41,943 nt of DNA from an uncultured Candidatus Peribacteria bacterium. Lineage in GTDB: Bacteria; Patescibacteriota; Gracilibacteria; Peribacterales; Peribacteraceae. Below the pieces are notes generated by a model that saw only the letters and a program-made list of their open reading frames with translations, searched no databases and was not told where the DNA came from. The first letter of the stretch is position 1; the number at the start of each line of letters is the position of its first letter. The DNA lies in the NCBI GenBank assembly GCA_964548055.1, contig CAZJPS010000002.1, positions 1-41,943 on the forward strand. Direction: 5' to 3'. This document shows, in pieces, positions 1 to 9,216 of this stretch. A program made the translations under genes and the position numbers.

Positions 1-598
1 AACAGCCAGTGCTTACAAGAGTTGTTTTAGGTTCTTTTGGTTTTTCTTCAAAGGCCCTCACCCGGCGCTTCGCGCCACCCTCTTCCACTCCATGTTCATT
101 TTTTTGTTCTGTGTGTTGGTTTTTAGTGTGCGTGAGAGGAGGGAGAGAGGACTCTATGATGACCGTGCCGAATTGAGAAGCTTTCACGGGATCGCCAATA
201 TCATGAGCAGCAAGAAGGGGATTTCCTTGGAAGAGCTTTAAGAATGCATCCATGGAGAATCCTAAATAGTTATCTCCGGTGAGAAGCAGAATGTCGTCAT
301 CGATCTTTTGCTGTGTTATCCATGCACTCAGTGCGCCCAAAGCTCCTAATTTATGATCATCAGACTTCGTTCCTTCGATTATTAAATCTGTGGGACGATC
401 GATCATCTTTTGCCATGCGCTAAAACCATCCGCGAAAGCTGCATTGGTGCTGACGGTGACTGGAATATCCCGTGGAATTTTTTCCAAGAGATGTGTAAGC
501 AGAGGTTTTCCTGCTAGCGGAAGCAGTGGCTTTGCACGTTTTTCGGTAAGAGGCCACAAGCGAGTGGCAAAACCGCCGGCGAGGATGAAGGCATGCAT
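1..598 (-). CDS. sugar-1-phosphate nucleotidyltransferase (NTP_transferase fold); its 3' part runs off the left edge
   Basis: It is absent from the ORF track because it is open at the window edge. Hand translation of the minus strand from ATG 598-596 gives MHAFILAGGFATRLWPLTEKRAKPLLPLAGKPLLTHLLEKI (the GxGxRLxPLT...KPLL signature), then ILLLTGDNYLGF, QFGTVII and RAFEEKPKEPKTTLVSTGC, with no stop down to nt 1. About 20 extra low-complexity residues (ESSLPPLTHTKNQHTEQKNEHGVEEGGAKRR) lie between the FGTV and FEEKP motifs. Confidence 0.8.
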   Translation of the reverse strand, partial: MHAFILAGGFATRLWPLTEKRAKPLLPLAGKPLLTHLLEKIPRDIPVTVSTNAAFADGFSAWQKMIDRPTDLIIEGTKSDDHKLGALGALSAWITQQKIDDDILLLTGDNYLGFSMDAFLKLFQGNPLLAAHDIGDPVKASQFGTVIIESSLPPLTHTKNQHTEQKNEHGVEEGGAKRRVRAFEEKPKEPKTTLVSTGC

Positions 599-606
599 AG
601 GAATCT

Positions 607-1422
607 TTATTGAAAGAACCACTGCCATCCTTTTTGAGGTGGCGTGACCATCGTCACTGGCCTGCCCTCGATAGATTCAATTTTTTCGTCTTTTTCAACA
701 ATTCCCAGAACAGACGGCAGCAGCATGTAGGTGATGCCATGAGAGCGGCAGACTCCTAGCAAGTTAATCGACTGCTCGATATCGCTGCACTGGATCATGT
801 GCGTGATCTTTTTTTCTTGTAGCACATCTTCCAATTTATTCAGTTTCCCAAGCACAGGCACTCCTTCTATCTCCGTTTCTTTCGCACCTCTGCCGTCCAG
901 TATTGCTACAGGACAGAGAGGACTTTTGCGTTTTTCCATCAGCGCAATTAATTTTTTTGATTCACGTGTGATTCCCACAATGAGTGTAGGGAAAGCAGGG
1001 GGAGAGCTGCGTAGGTTTCTGCGTTGAAACTGATCAAAAATGCAGTGCCAGAGCCACGTGAAGGCAGTGGTAAACACGAGTGCAAAAATAATCAGCATGC
1101 GGCTGAATATTCCTTGGAAGAGGAAAAAGTAACAAAGGGCCACAAATGCCACTCCTACCACGGATGAATAGATGATGTAGGCGAGGTTGCGTGGATCTGC
1201 TTGATTCCTGGTGAGTGCAAACGCTCTGGTAGTGATGAGCACGCACAGCCAGGGGATTGCACTTAATGCCACGGAGATCATGAACTTCTGCAAGGGGAGA
1301 TCAGATGAAAGGATCCATCCCACCCGCAAAAAATAGGCCAGTACAAAAGAGGCGATAAACAGAACAATATCGGACATCAGCCAGAGGATAAGGAGAGAAG
1401 TGCGGCGCATGGATGACATCAT
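607..1422 (-). CDS. N-terminal (TM + CoA-binding-like) module of a polyprenyl-phosphate glycosyl-1-phosphate transferase; the catalytic domain is absent
   Basis: The 271-aa ORF starts with several hydrophobic helices. It continues with TLIVGITRESKKLIALM..PVAILDG..IEGVPVLGKLNKLEDVL..ITHMIQ..GITYMLLP, which fits the WcaJ/WbaP-type N-terminal region. The ORF ends (..MVTPPQKGWQWFFQ*) where the Bac_transf catalytic domain would start. Confidence 0.5.
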   Translation of the reverse strand: MMSSMRRTSLLILWLMSDIVLFIASFVLAYFLRVGWILSSDLPLQKFMISVALSAIPWLCVLITTRAFALTRNQADPRNLAYIIYSSVVGVAFVALCYFFLFQGIFSRMLIIFALVFTTAFTWLWHCIFDQFQRRNLRSSPPAFPTLIVGITRESKKLIALMEKRKSPLCPVAILDGRGAKETEIEGVPVLGKLNKLEDVLQEKKITHMIQCSDIEQSINLLGVCRSHGITYMLLPSVLGIVEKDEKIESIEGRPVTMVTPPQKGWQWFFQ

Positions 1423-4400
1423 ACCGTATTGCCAGTTCCGCTATTGAATCCCTTAAACTTGCTCTGATCTATCTTCAATAACGACGAATCTCCAATACCA
1501 TCATTGATGATTTGGAAGATTTCCTGCTGTGTTTGGAGGTTTTCGTGATGAACTTGATCCCACGTTCCCTGTTCGAAGAAAGCCTTAAACGCTGTTTGTG
1601 CTTTGGTATCGAGTTTTACGGCTTCTTCATCAGCTTCGTCTTTATCCAAAAATTCCTTATATGTCCCGTCTTCCTGCTTCACGACCCATCTTTGTTTCAT
1701 CTCCTCCAGAAATTCCTCCGGATACGTGCTTATTAGTGAGTAGTACTTCACGGAAGTATGAGTGGGATATTTGTGGTCAATGCGCCGGATGCGGCCATCT
1801 GTTTGATAACGCATCAGATAATCTTCCTCTAGATCGTCACGAATAATGGCTTTGCCTCTCGTGAACGTCGTTCCTTCAGAACCAGCTTTATAGGTCGCCA
1901 CGAGTGCCTGGCAGCTCTTGGCGTTTTGGAAGCGCAGGCGGTGATAATCGAGAATATGCATGGGCTCGCTGTTTTTGTCCTCTGCTGTCGCCACGTTGAG
2001 TTCGCCCGTTTTCGTGTCGAACTCCCAGTTGCGCTTTCCCTGCGCTTTACGTTCGGCATGCTTGAAGTGGAGAGGATTGCCATCAGGACCGCGCTTGAAT
2101 TTTTTCGATCGCAGGGTTTCCAACCCCGTATACATGGCCGGATCGCGGTCGGCCAGCATCGACGCATACTTGTCGGTTTGTGAGTTGTAAGCGCAGAAGA
2201 CTACAGGCGGACGCCCTTCCTGATCGCACTCGGCGATGATTTCCCGCACTTTCTCCGCTTTTGGATCGCAGTCAGTCACTCCCACAAAGCTGGGATTGTT
2301 GATGATTTGGCGCATGGCATGTTTCTTTGTCATTTGGTCGCCGGTGTACAAGTTGTCCAACTTCGCAATTATGTCTTTTTTCTTTGGGAAGTTATGACCG
2401 TATGTGGCATACCACTTGGGGTAGTTCAAAAAGAGCTCATAGATCGCATGTGCTTGTTTTGGGTGCATAGTGAAGCTCCCAAGTCCCTTGTAGGGATCTA
2501 CATATTCCTTGGCAGGGAGCCGGTGTTTCTGTTCTTCAGCTGGCAAAGTAGGATCCATCAATTCCATCACATCGTCCTCCGTAAAACGCACCATGTGTTT
2601 TTCCAGGAGAAGGCGGAGCTTGCGTAACTCCTTAGGATCATCGGAAGGAAAGGCTTCTGCAAATGCTTTTGTGCTGGAAAATCGTTTATCGCCAGGATAA
2701 AAATGAGTGAGCAGACGGCAGAGTGTTTCCGGGTCTTTGGCCGGGGAAGCAGTGACGACGAGCAGAAATTTTCGGGGAAGTTTTAATGTGCCCTGCGTCT
2801 GTAGAGAGTCGTGGGTTAAGCTATGTCCTTCGTCCGTCACCACAACGAAGTCCGGACCCGATGCGAGGGAAAAACGCTCGGCATCTCCCAGGTCTCGCAA
2901 GAATTCGCGGTTCATAACGCGGTGACTCTCTGCGTTCTTCTCTAACAGATCTTTCCGCTTGGAAACAGTCATTTCTCTCAGTACGATCAGGTCAGGATCG
3001 GTCAGACATTCGTGTGCTTCCTCTTCCCAGCCACTCACTACTGCATTGGGAGCAACAATGCACATTTTCTCTCCATTGAGAGCGATGAGCACGATACTCG
3101 TTTTTCCTGTTCCAGGCGCGTTCGCAATAATGAATCCCGCTACTCCTTGCTGTTCCTGGGCTTCTGCCCCCTTCTTAGCAGAATTTTGTATTTCCACTTC
3201 TCTTATTTTTTTCAGAATAAGGCGGATACAGAATTTCTGGAAGAAGTACGGTTGCCGTTCAGGATGCACTCCTGGGAATGTCATCTCGTTGATTTCCTGG
3301 AAGTTCACCAGGACCTTACCCAAGATATTCTGCATGAATTTGCTCCGATGTTTGCGCATCAAAGAATTCACGTACCTTTTTCCTTCTTCGAATGACCGAC
3401 TGAATTTCTTAATCAGGAAGTGCTCGAATTGGTCCACATAGAATAGAGTCTTATGAGGTTCGGTCTGGATCTCCTTCATCAATTCATCACCCATACCGTT
3501 TAGGTAGCGCACTAGTTCCTCAATGTCATCCGGCGTCCCGGTTTGCCGCACTTTAAACACTTCTTGCGTACTGCGGATCCAGTGCTGCGTTTCATTTTCT
3601 TCATCTTTAGTCTCCGGACTCTCGACCCGGCACAAGCTCATGAGGCGGATAGAGTTCGTTTCTCCCGTTTTCAGAGGAGCACGCATAGTAAAACTGCCAT
3701 CCGGACTCACACGCACTCGATAGTGACGACACCCTGCCATATATACATACTCCGCACCCTTCGCCGTTCCTTCGATCACAAGAACATTCTCTGTCGTATG
3801 CTTGGGAATGGCAGTGTGAATGACGATATCCGGCAGCTCCTCTGGCCAACGCAGGTATTGCGCCTCTTTCGTAAGGTTCGCACGCGTACCTAAGTTACGG
3901 AAACCACGGATGACCAATCGCTCAATTTGTTCCTCTGTGAGTTTCAGATCTGGTCTTCTACTAAGAAGAAATGCGAGTTTCTTAGGAGAGTCCTGAAAAA
4001 TAGCTATCAGTTCCTCCAAACCCAACTCCGAAAGTTTTTCGTTCTCCAAATCAATCTGTGCATCTTCTCCTTGCTGAGCCATATCTACGGCAGTTGCATG
4101 ATCAATGCCTTTTTTACGGTATAAGAGGTAGGGGCGAACGGTCTTAAACTGTCCTTCAAAAAATGAATATGCAAGCAACTGTACAAGCGAACCTTGTGTA
4201 TACCTATATACCATTCCTTCGATAGCGATATCGCATAGTTCTGAGTCATTCCAATCAATGTGATCAATGCCCATATTTTCTAGCCCGAATGCTTTTTCAA
4301 GTATCAGGATATTTTGTAAGGTGTATATATCCGGATTCCTAAAGAAAACAGGCGGAGTTTTTGTAAGAATAGCTTCTGCTGCTGCAACTTTATGGCTCAC

Positions 4401-5804
4401 CCCTTTTTTTCGCATTGAAAGATATGCCTGGGCGAATTTTCTTGTGTTTTGTAAGAATGTTCTATCAATGAGTTCCCAAAGCTTACTCTGTGAGTACGTG
4501 AAAGTCTTTCCATCGATAGTGATATCCCGATTTTCTGTAATAGTTCTGTCAATCTCACCAATATCGTCCAATCCAAAAGCATCTTCGAGAATCTTAATAT
4601 TCTCAGGTGTATAGATACTCGGATTCTTGAAGAAAGTAACAGGTTTGTTATTTACTAGATTTAGCACCTCCGTTATTGCTGCTTCATGAGCCACTTCTTT
4701 CTGGCGCAAAGATAGATATATAGGCACTGGAACTCCTGATTTTTTGAAGAAGATTCTACCAAGCAAGTTAACTAGCGCATTTTGCGAATATTTATACGTC
4801 ACTTCTCCAATAGCAATATGACACTGTTTTGTACTTGTTCTATCAATCTCTCTAATATCGTCCAATCCAAACGCATCCTCGAGAATCTTAATATTCTCAG
4901 AAGTGTAAACATCTGGATTCTTAAAAAACGTCGTAGAATTTAATTGCTTAAGCTTATCTGCAAAATTCATCGCTTCTTCAATTGCTTTCTTTGGGTCCAT
5001 TCCTTGCTTACAAAGATGAAGAAATGGACGAACAAATTTTTTCACACCACTGAAGAATGTTCTTGCAAGTAAATTAAAAAGAGCGTTCTGCGAGTAGCAG
5101 AACGTCGTTTCCCCTATAGTGATCTTAAATGGCTTAGTATTTTTTTTACTAAGTTTACCTATATCTGTTACTCCAAATGCGTTTTCTAAAATCTTGATAT
5201 TTTGAGGAGAATATACTTCTGAGTTACTAAAGAATACGGAAGGGGTAGCAGATTTTTCTCTTTCCTTTAAAATTTGCGCTTCTATGAGCGCATCTTTATG
5301 ACTCATTCTTCTTTTACGCAAAGCAAGATACTTTGACACAGGTATACATGTTCCTTGGAAAAATGTTCTTGCGATCAAATGCACAAGTGTAGATTGCCGG
5401 TACTTATATGTCGTTTTACCAATAGTAAGCTTGCAAATGTCATAATTATTCACATCAATCTCCTCAATAATTTTTAGGTTAAAGACTCTTTCGAGAGCTT
5501 GAATATTTGCCGGTGTGTAAAAATCTGGGTTTTTTAGGATTCCTGCAATTTCTTGGGATCGTTCATAATTATTGATACTACCACCATTTGATGATGCTAA
5601 TTGAAATGAAGCACAGAATTTTTTCATAAGTACTCGGATACGTTTGGTTGTGCCTCCGTCGATTGCATCAGCAATTTCATGGAGTGTTTTTCGTTGTTCC
5701 TTGGTGATTCTCCTATTTATATGTTTTTGTAATTGCTCATGCAGTTCCTGTTTTTCAGGAATATCCAGTGGGCCGATTTTTTTAAGGACTTCCTGAACAT
5801 TCAT
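1419..5804 (-). CDS. giant SNF2-family helicase with an N-terminal five-fold ~100-aa repeat array and a central Ig-like stretch
   Basis: The ORF track gives 1419..5888. I prefer ATG 5804-5802 (MNVQEVLKK) because the longer form overlaps the end of the upstream gene (5833). Helicase motifs are present: I ANAPGTGKTS (3096-3119), II VVVTDEGHSL (DEGH at 2823-2834), III LLVVTASP, and the C-lobe LVATYKAGSEGTTFTRGKAIIRDD..YQTDGRIRRI. A beta-rich segment IVIHTAIPKHTTENVLVIEGTAKGAEYVYMAGCRHYRVRVSPDGSFTMRAPLKTGETNSIRLMSL sits between the repeats and the helicase. Confidence 0.85.
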   Translation of the reverse strand: MNVQEVLKKIGPLDIPEKQELHEQLQKHINRRITKEQRKTLHEIADAIDGGTTKRIRVLMKKFCASFQLASSNGGSINNYERSQEIAGILKNPDFYTPANIQALERVFNLKIIEEIDVNNYDICKLTIGKTTYKYRQSTLVHLIARTFFQGTCIPVSKYLALRKRRMSHKDALIEAQILKEREKSATPSVFFSNSEVYSPQNIKILENAFGVTDIGKLSKKNTKPFKITIGETTFCYSQNALFNLLARTFFSGVKKFVRPFLHLCKQGMDPKKAIEEAMNFADKLKQLNSTTFFKNPDVYTSENIKILEDAFGLDDIREIDRTSTKQCHIAIGEVTYKYSQNALVNLLGRIFFKKSGVPVPIYLSLRQKEVAHEAAITEVLNLVNNKPVTFFKNPSIYTPENIKILEDAFGLDDIGEIDRTITENRDITIDGKTFTYSQSKLWELIDRTFLQNTRKFAQAYLSMRKKGVSHKVAAAEAILTKTPPVFFRNPDIYTLQNILILEKAFGLENMGIDHIDWNDSELCDIAIEGMVYRYTQGSLVQLLAYSFFEGQFKTVRPYLLYRKKGIDHATAVDMAQQGEDAQIDLENEKLSELGLEELIAIFQDSPKKLAFLLSRRPDLKLTEEQIERLVIRGFRNLGTRANLTKEAQYLRWPEELPDIVIHTAIPKHTTENVLVIEGTAKGAEYVYMAGCRHYRVRVSPDGSFTMRAPLKTGETNSIRLMSLCRVESPETKDEENETQHWIRSTQEVFKVRQTGTPDDIEELVRYLNGMGDELMKEIQTEPHKTLFYVDQFEHFLIKKFSRSFEEGKRYVNSLMRKHRSKFMQNILGKVLVNFQEINEMTFPGVHPERQPYFFQKFCIRLILKKIREVEIQNSAKKGAEAQEQQGVAGFIIANAPGTGKTSIVLIALNGEKMCIVAPNAVVSGWEEEAHECLTDPDLIVLREMTVSKRKDLLEKNAESHRVMNREFLRDLGDAERFSLASGPDFVVVTDEGHSLTHDSLQTQGTLKLPRKFLLVVTASPAKDPETLCRLLTHFYPGDKRFSSTKAFAEAFPSDDPKELRKLRLLLEKHMVRFTEDDVMELMDPTLPAEEQKHRLPAKEYVDPYKGLGSFTMHPKQAHAIYELFLNYPKWYATYGHNFPKKKDIIAKLDNLYTGDQMTKKHAMRQIINNPSFVGVTDCDPKAEKVREIIAECDQEGRPPVVFCAYNSQTDKYASMLADRDPAMYTGLETLRSKKFKRGPDGNPLHFKHAERKAQGKRNWEFDTKTGELNVATAEDKNSEPMHILDYHRLRFQNAKSCQALVATYKAGSEGTTFTRGKAIIRDDLEEDYLMRYQTDGRIRRIDHKYPTHTSVKYYSLISTYPEEFLEEMKQRWVVKQEDGTYKEFLDKDEADEEAVKLDTKAQTAFKAFFEQGTWDQVHHENLQTQQEIFQIINDGIGDSSLLKIDQSKFKGFNSGTGNTV
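4071..5540 (-). repeat. five tandem intragenic repeats (periods 102/102/98/96 aa) inside the SNF2 gene
   Basis: Repeat units start at ORF residues 117, 219, 321, 419 and 515. The shared pattern is FFxNPx[IV]YTxxNIxILExAFGLxDIxxID...IxIGxxT[YF]xYSQxxLxxL[LI]xRxFF...YLx[LM]RxKGxxHxxA. Units 3 and 4 also share a ~80-nt nearly identical DNA block (4852-4930 versus 4559-4640). Confidence 0.9.
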
Positions 5805-5832
5805 GGGAATAACGGCCGGAAGAGGGGATATC

Positions 5833-6678
5833 CTATACTCCGGGGAAATAGTTTTCCACCCACTCCAACTTCTTCTGCAGCACCTCACTCTTCTCCGCTT
5901 TCTTTTCGAATCCTGCTTTATCAGTCATATACATACTGACGCTCTCCGCTAAATCTTCAAACGGATCTGTTTTTGCATAGGCAGTGACAAAGTCTTCAGA
6001 TTTTGCGTCAGATTTTTTGGTGGAACTGTTTTGCCACGAAAGGGAATAGAAACTCACGCTCGGATCATTATTCCAAAGGGGAGTGTTGCCATCCTTGAAG
6101 GCGCTGGCACCACTTGTAGAAGTTCCTTTCAAGCACGAAATATCCCAAAAGTGGCCAAGGCCTTCATGGCTTAAGAGTTCTTTAAATTCGGCATCGGATA
6201 GTGTGCCATTCATAATAATCACACCATCACCCGCAAGTCCGCGATGTTTGGGCTGATCGTACAGAACATAGTACTGGCGAAGTTTTTGTTGGCAGGAAGG
6301 CGGAAGAATACTCAGTACTTCACGTGTCATTGCTCGATGCTTTGGAAGAATATCTCCTTTTTCAATCGCTGAGAGCGGATCGATGGGAATAACTGGAATA
6401 GCTGCAAGATAAGGACCCTTGTGAGAGGAATCAGAAGAAACAGAAGAAATAGATGATTCAGAGGAAAAGTCATACGAATTGTTCATGAGCTGATGCACAT
6501 CATTCTTCCGATTCCTCTGAGTCGTCTGAATCCTCTGATTCTTTTCAATATTCCCATTATGGGCCACCACCTCAGTCCCACTTGCCATATTCACACCTTG
6601 TGATAGGCTCGGCTCTAGCCCAAGCAGAATTCCACAGGTTCCGAGAGTGACAATGGTAAGAAATTTTTTCAGGTTCAT
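5833..6678 (-). CDS. secreted protein with metallopeptidase-like HExxxH and EDLAE motifs
   Basis: The 281-aa ORF has a signal peptide (MNLKKFLTIVTLGTCGILLG) and a Ser-rich linker. It carries LLSHEGLGHFWD and a C-terminal FVTAYAKTDPFEDLAESV, which resemble putative zinc-binding metallopeptidases. It lies 28 nt upstream of the helicase on the same strand. Confidence 0.45.
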   Translation of the reverse strand: MNLKKFLTIVTLGTCGILLGLEPSLSQGVNMASGTEVVAHNGNIEKNQRIQTTQRNRKNDVHQLMNNSYDFSSESSISSVSSDSSHKGPYLAAIPVIPIDPLSAIEKGDILPKHRAMTREVLSILPPSCQQKLRQYYVLYDQPKHRGLAGDGVIIMNGTLSDAEFKELLSHEGLGHFWDISCLKGTSTSGASAFKDGNTPLWNNDPSVSFYSLSWQNSSTKKSDAKSEDFVTAYAKTDPFEDLAESVSMYMTDKAGFEKKAEKSEVLQKKLEWVENYFPGV

Positions 6679-6720
6679 TATCTCGTGAAAAAGGTAGATT
6701 TATACTATATTTCATATTAA

Positions 6721-8178
6721 ATGTCAACTATTATCGACACTGGTTCAGTAGAGCCCGGGCAAATGCACACGGTATCCATAGAAAAGCTTACATTTGGCGG
6801 TTCTGGTTTAGCGCATATCGGAACACTTCCAGTATTTGTGTCAGATAGCATTCCGGGTCAGAGCGTTGAAATTGTGATACTAAAAAGAAAGGACAATTAT
6901 GCAGAGGCCCGAGTGCACAAAGTGCTCCGAAAAGCTAAAGATGAAGTAATGGCTCGTTGCCCCCACTTTCATACATGTGGTGGGTGTGTGTGGCAGAATC
7001 TGCCGTACGATAAACAGATGTCGTACAAAGAAGATATTGTACGCGAAACGCTTGGCCACCTAACGCCAGTGGATGATGCGGTACGTGCATCACTTCCAGG
7101 ACGCGTACTGAAGATCATTCCAAGCCCTCAGATATTCCACTACCGGAATAAATTAGAACTTTCGTTTGGATATGAATCCATGCGTGAAGAAGAAAAAGCG
7201 GGTAAGCGTATTTATTTTGATGAAAATCCAACGGTAGGATTTCATCAGCCTGGTCAATGGTCCACCGTGTTGCCGATTAGTGAATGTCACTTATACGAAG
7301 AACAACTCCCTATGCTCCTAAGCCAGGTCCGACGCTTTATGGAGGAAACAAAGCTTCCAGTGTTTAATCCTAAAACGCAAAAAGGAATGCTCCGGAGTTT
7401 GCTGCTGCGCAGAGGGGTACATACAGGCGAACAGATGATTTGCTTCCTTGTGCATGCGAGGAAAAAAGAATTAGAGCCGCTTTTTCAGCTGTTTCTGCGC
7501 TATTTTGGCGGCCGTCCTAATTTGTCTTCGCTGCTGATTGTGGAACATTTGGGATTGAACGATAAACCTGACTTTCCCAAAATTCACTCGTTGCTTGGTA
7601 AGCAAACCGTGAGTGAGCGATTGTTCGATCTCACCTTTGAAATTTCTCCTTTCTCCTTTTTCCAAACAAATACACTTGCAGCGGAAAAGCTGTACCGCGC
7701 TATAGCAGATGCGGCGGATTTAGGATTACGCGATACGGTTCTGGATGCGTATTGCGGCATGGGAACGATTGGTCAATATCTTGCGCGCTTCTGCCAAAAA
7801 GTGGTGGGTATAGAAAGCCATCCCTCTGCTGTGGAGGATGCTCTGAAGAGCGCAGGCCGTAACAAAATTGGAAATATTAGTTTTTATAAGGGCAGAACAG
7901 AGCAGGTACTGTTACAGCAGTTAAAACCAGGGGGAAAGTATGCTTTTGATGTGATTGTGGTAGATCCGCCACGCGCAGGATTGCACCCCAAAGCCCGCGA
8001 AGCAATGTTGGCGCACAAACCAAAGAAGATTGTGTATGTGTCCTGCAACACCGCCACCTTCGCCCGCGATTTGGGTGATTTCCTTAAAGGAGGCTATGAC
8101 CTGCGCACCGTTCAGCCTGTGGATCTCTTCCCTCACACAGCACATATAGAGACAGTTGCACTTTTACAGAGGAAGTAA
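6721..8178 (+). CDS. rlmD: 23S rRNA (uracil-C5)-methyltransferase, RumA/RlmD family (TRAM + Fe-S + SAM MTase)
   Basis: It has an N-terminal TRAM-like region and a Cys cluster (CPHFHTCGGCVWQNLPY). It also carries FFQTN, VLDAYCGMGTIG, VVDPPRAGL and YVSCNTATFARD. Confidence 0.85.
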   Translation: MSTIIDTGSVEPGQMHTVSIEKLTFGGSGLAHIGTLPVFVSDSIPGQSVEIVILKRKDNYAEARVHKVLRKAKDEVMARCPHFHTCGGCVWQNLPYDKQMSYKEDIVRETLGHLTPVDDAVRASLPGRVLKIIPSPQIFHYRNKLELSFGYESMREEEKAGKRIYFDENPTVGFHQPGQWSTVLPISECHLYEEQLPMLLSQVRRFMEETKLPVFNPKTQKGMLRSLLLRRGVHTGEQMICFLVHARKKELEPLFQLFLRYFGGRPNLSSLLIVEHLGLNDKPDFPKIHSLLGKQTVSERLFDLTFEISPFSFFQTNTLAAEKLYRAIADAADLGLRDTVLDAYCGMGTIGQYLARFCQKVVGIESHPSAVEDALKSAGRNKIGNISFYKGRTEQVLLQQLKPGGKYAFDVIVVDPPRAGLHPKAREAMLAHKPKKIVYVSCNTATFARDLGDFLKGGYDLRTVQPVDLFPHTAHIETVALLQRK

Positions 8179-8744
8179 TGCGCATGATGGAAGGCGCTTT
8201 TGAGAATCGGCCACTCACAATACGCTGTGCGGTTCCAGGTGATATAGGCCATCTAGAATTACTGAGCGATTTTTCACTGAAAAGAAACCCAAACACGAAA
8301 GGAAAATTATTCAGCAATGATTACATCGCGCTAATAGCTCAGTCTGATTGGATAGATGAATCCGGACAGCGCAATGTGGTTGCGGGAGTAGCGATTTCAA
8401 AAATAATTCCCACGATTACATCGAATCTCATGAGGCTTTTTAATGATAAAACATTCAATGTGCAGAGTATTGAGAATACGAAAACATTGTGGATACAAGA
8501 AATAGCCGTTCATCAGTTTGCAATGCGGTATTTTGTAAGCTGTTGTTTAATTCAAGAATTTCAAATACTGGCAAAAGAGAACAAGTATGAAGGCATTGAA
8601 GTAAAAGCACCATGGAGCGATCAATTTTTAAATTCAGTGCTTCTTGATTGCAATTTTTCGGCGTTCGATCCTGTACTATGCGGTCTACCTTGTCATAATA
8701 GATTTTTTGTGTGGCCCGTTCGTAAAGATATATTTAGTAAGTAA
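8178..8744 (+). CDS. hypothetical protein, possibly a degenerate GNAT-like fold
   Basis: The 188-aa ORF has its ATG overlapping the rlmD stop (TAATG). LTIRCAVPGDIGHLELL and LWIQEIAVHQ resemble GNAT beta-strands, but I see no Q/RxxGxG/A acetyl-CoA motif. Confidence 0.35.
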   Translation: MRMMEGAFENRPLTIRCAVPGDIGHLELLSDFSLKRNPNTKGKLFSNDYIALIAQSDWIDESGQRNVVAGVAISKIIPTITSNLMRLFNDKTFNVQSIENTKTLWIQEIAVHQFAMRYFVSCCLIQEFQILAKENKYEGIEVKAPWSDQFLNSVLLDCNFSAFDPVLCGLPCHNRFFVWPVRKDIFSK

Positions 8745-8749
8745 GAGAT

Positions 8750-9214
8750 ATGCAGCGCATCACCCTTCTCTGCATCGGCACTGTAAAAGCGAAGTGGATA
8801 GAGGAAGGATGTAGTGAATACATCAAGCGCCTGCGTCCGCATGCAAAGCTAGAAATCATCGAACTTTCTCCTAGTAAACAGAAGGACAGTGAAAAGCAGC
8901 GTGAAGAGGAATCCAAAAAGATTTTGGATGTGCTTTCTACATCCGAAGGAGATGCCTGGATGCTGGACGAAAAAGGGGAGCGCATGACATCGCAGGAGTT
9001 TTCGTTTTTTCTTTCTCAGGCAAAAGATATTGGGCAAACCCTCATATTCATTTTAGGAGGAGCTTACGGTCTTTCCCCCACCATCCGCACACGCGTAAAA
9101 GGATCACTTCGCTTAAGCGATATGACCCTCCCACACGAGCTTTGCCGAGTTTTCTTTTTAGAACAGATGTACAGAGGAATAGAGATTGCGAAGGGGAGTG
9201 GTTACCATCACTAA
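8750..9214 (+). CDS. rlmH: 23S rRNA (pseudouridine1915-N3)-methyltransferase RlmH (SPOUT)
   Basis: The N-terminus MQRITLLCIGTVKAKWIEEGCSEYIKRL and the C-terminal FILGGAYGLSP...LRLSDMTLPHELCRVFFLEQMYRG...GSGYHH are typical of RlmH. Confidence 0.9.
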   Translation: MQRITLLCIGTVKAKWIEEGCSEYIKRLRPHAKLEIIELSPSKQKDSEKQREEESKKILDVLSTSEGDAWMLDEKGERMTSQEFSFFLSQAKDIGQTLIFILGGAYGLSPTIRTRVKGSLRLSDMTLPHELCRVFFLEQMYRGIEIAKGSGYHH

Positions 9215-9216
9215 TT

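Noticed and set aside
390-647. Track ORF (85 aa, plus strand).
   Set aside because: It lies antisense within the clearly motif-bearing nucleotidyltransferase gene (1-598, minus strand). Its composition is odd and it has no motifs.
5805-5888. N-terminal 28-aa extension of the helicase ORF (MRCCRRSWSGWKT...).
   Set aside because: It overlaps the 3' end of the upstream gene (5833-6678) and is Cys/Arg/Trp-rich. The internal ATG at 5804 leaves a clean 28-nt intergenic gap. I applied the same logic to the extensions 15620-15787, 22494-22667, 10421-10477, 24906-24962, 25535-25579, 26492-26575, 11791-11862 and 34077-34106.
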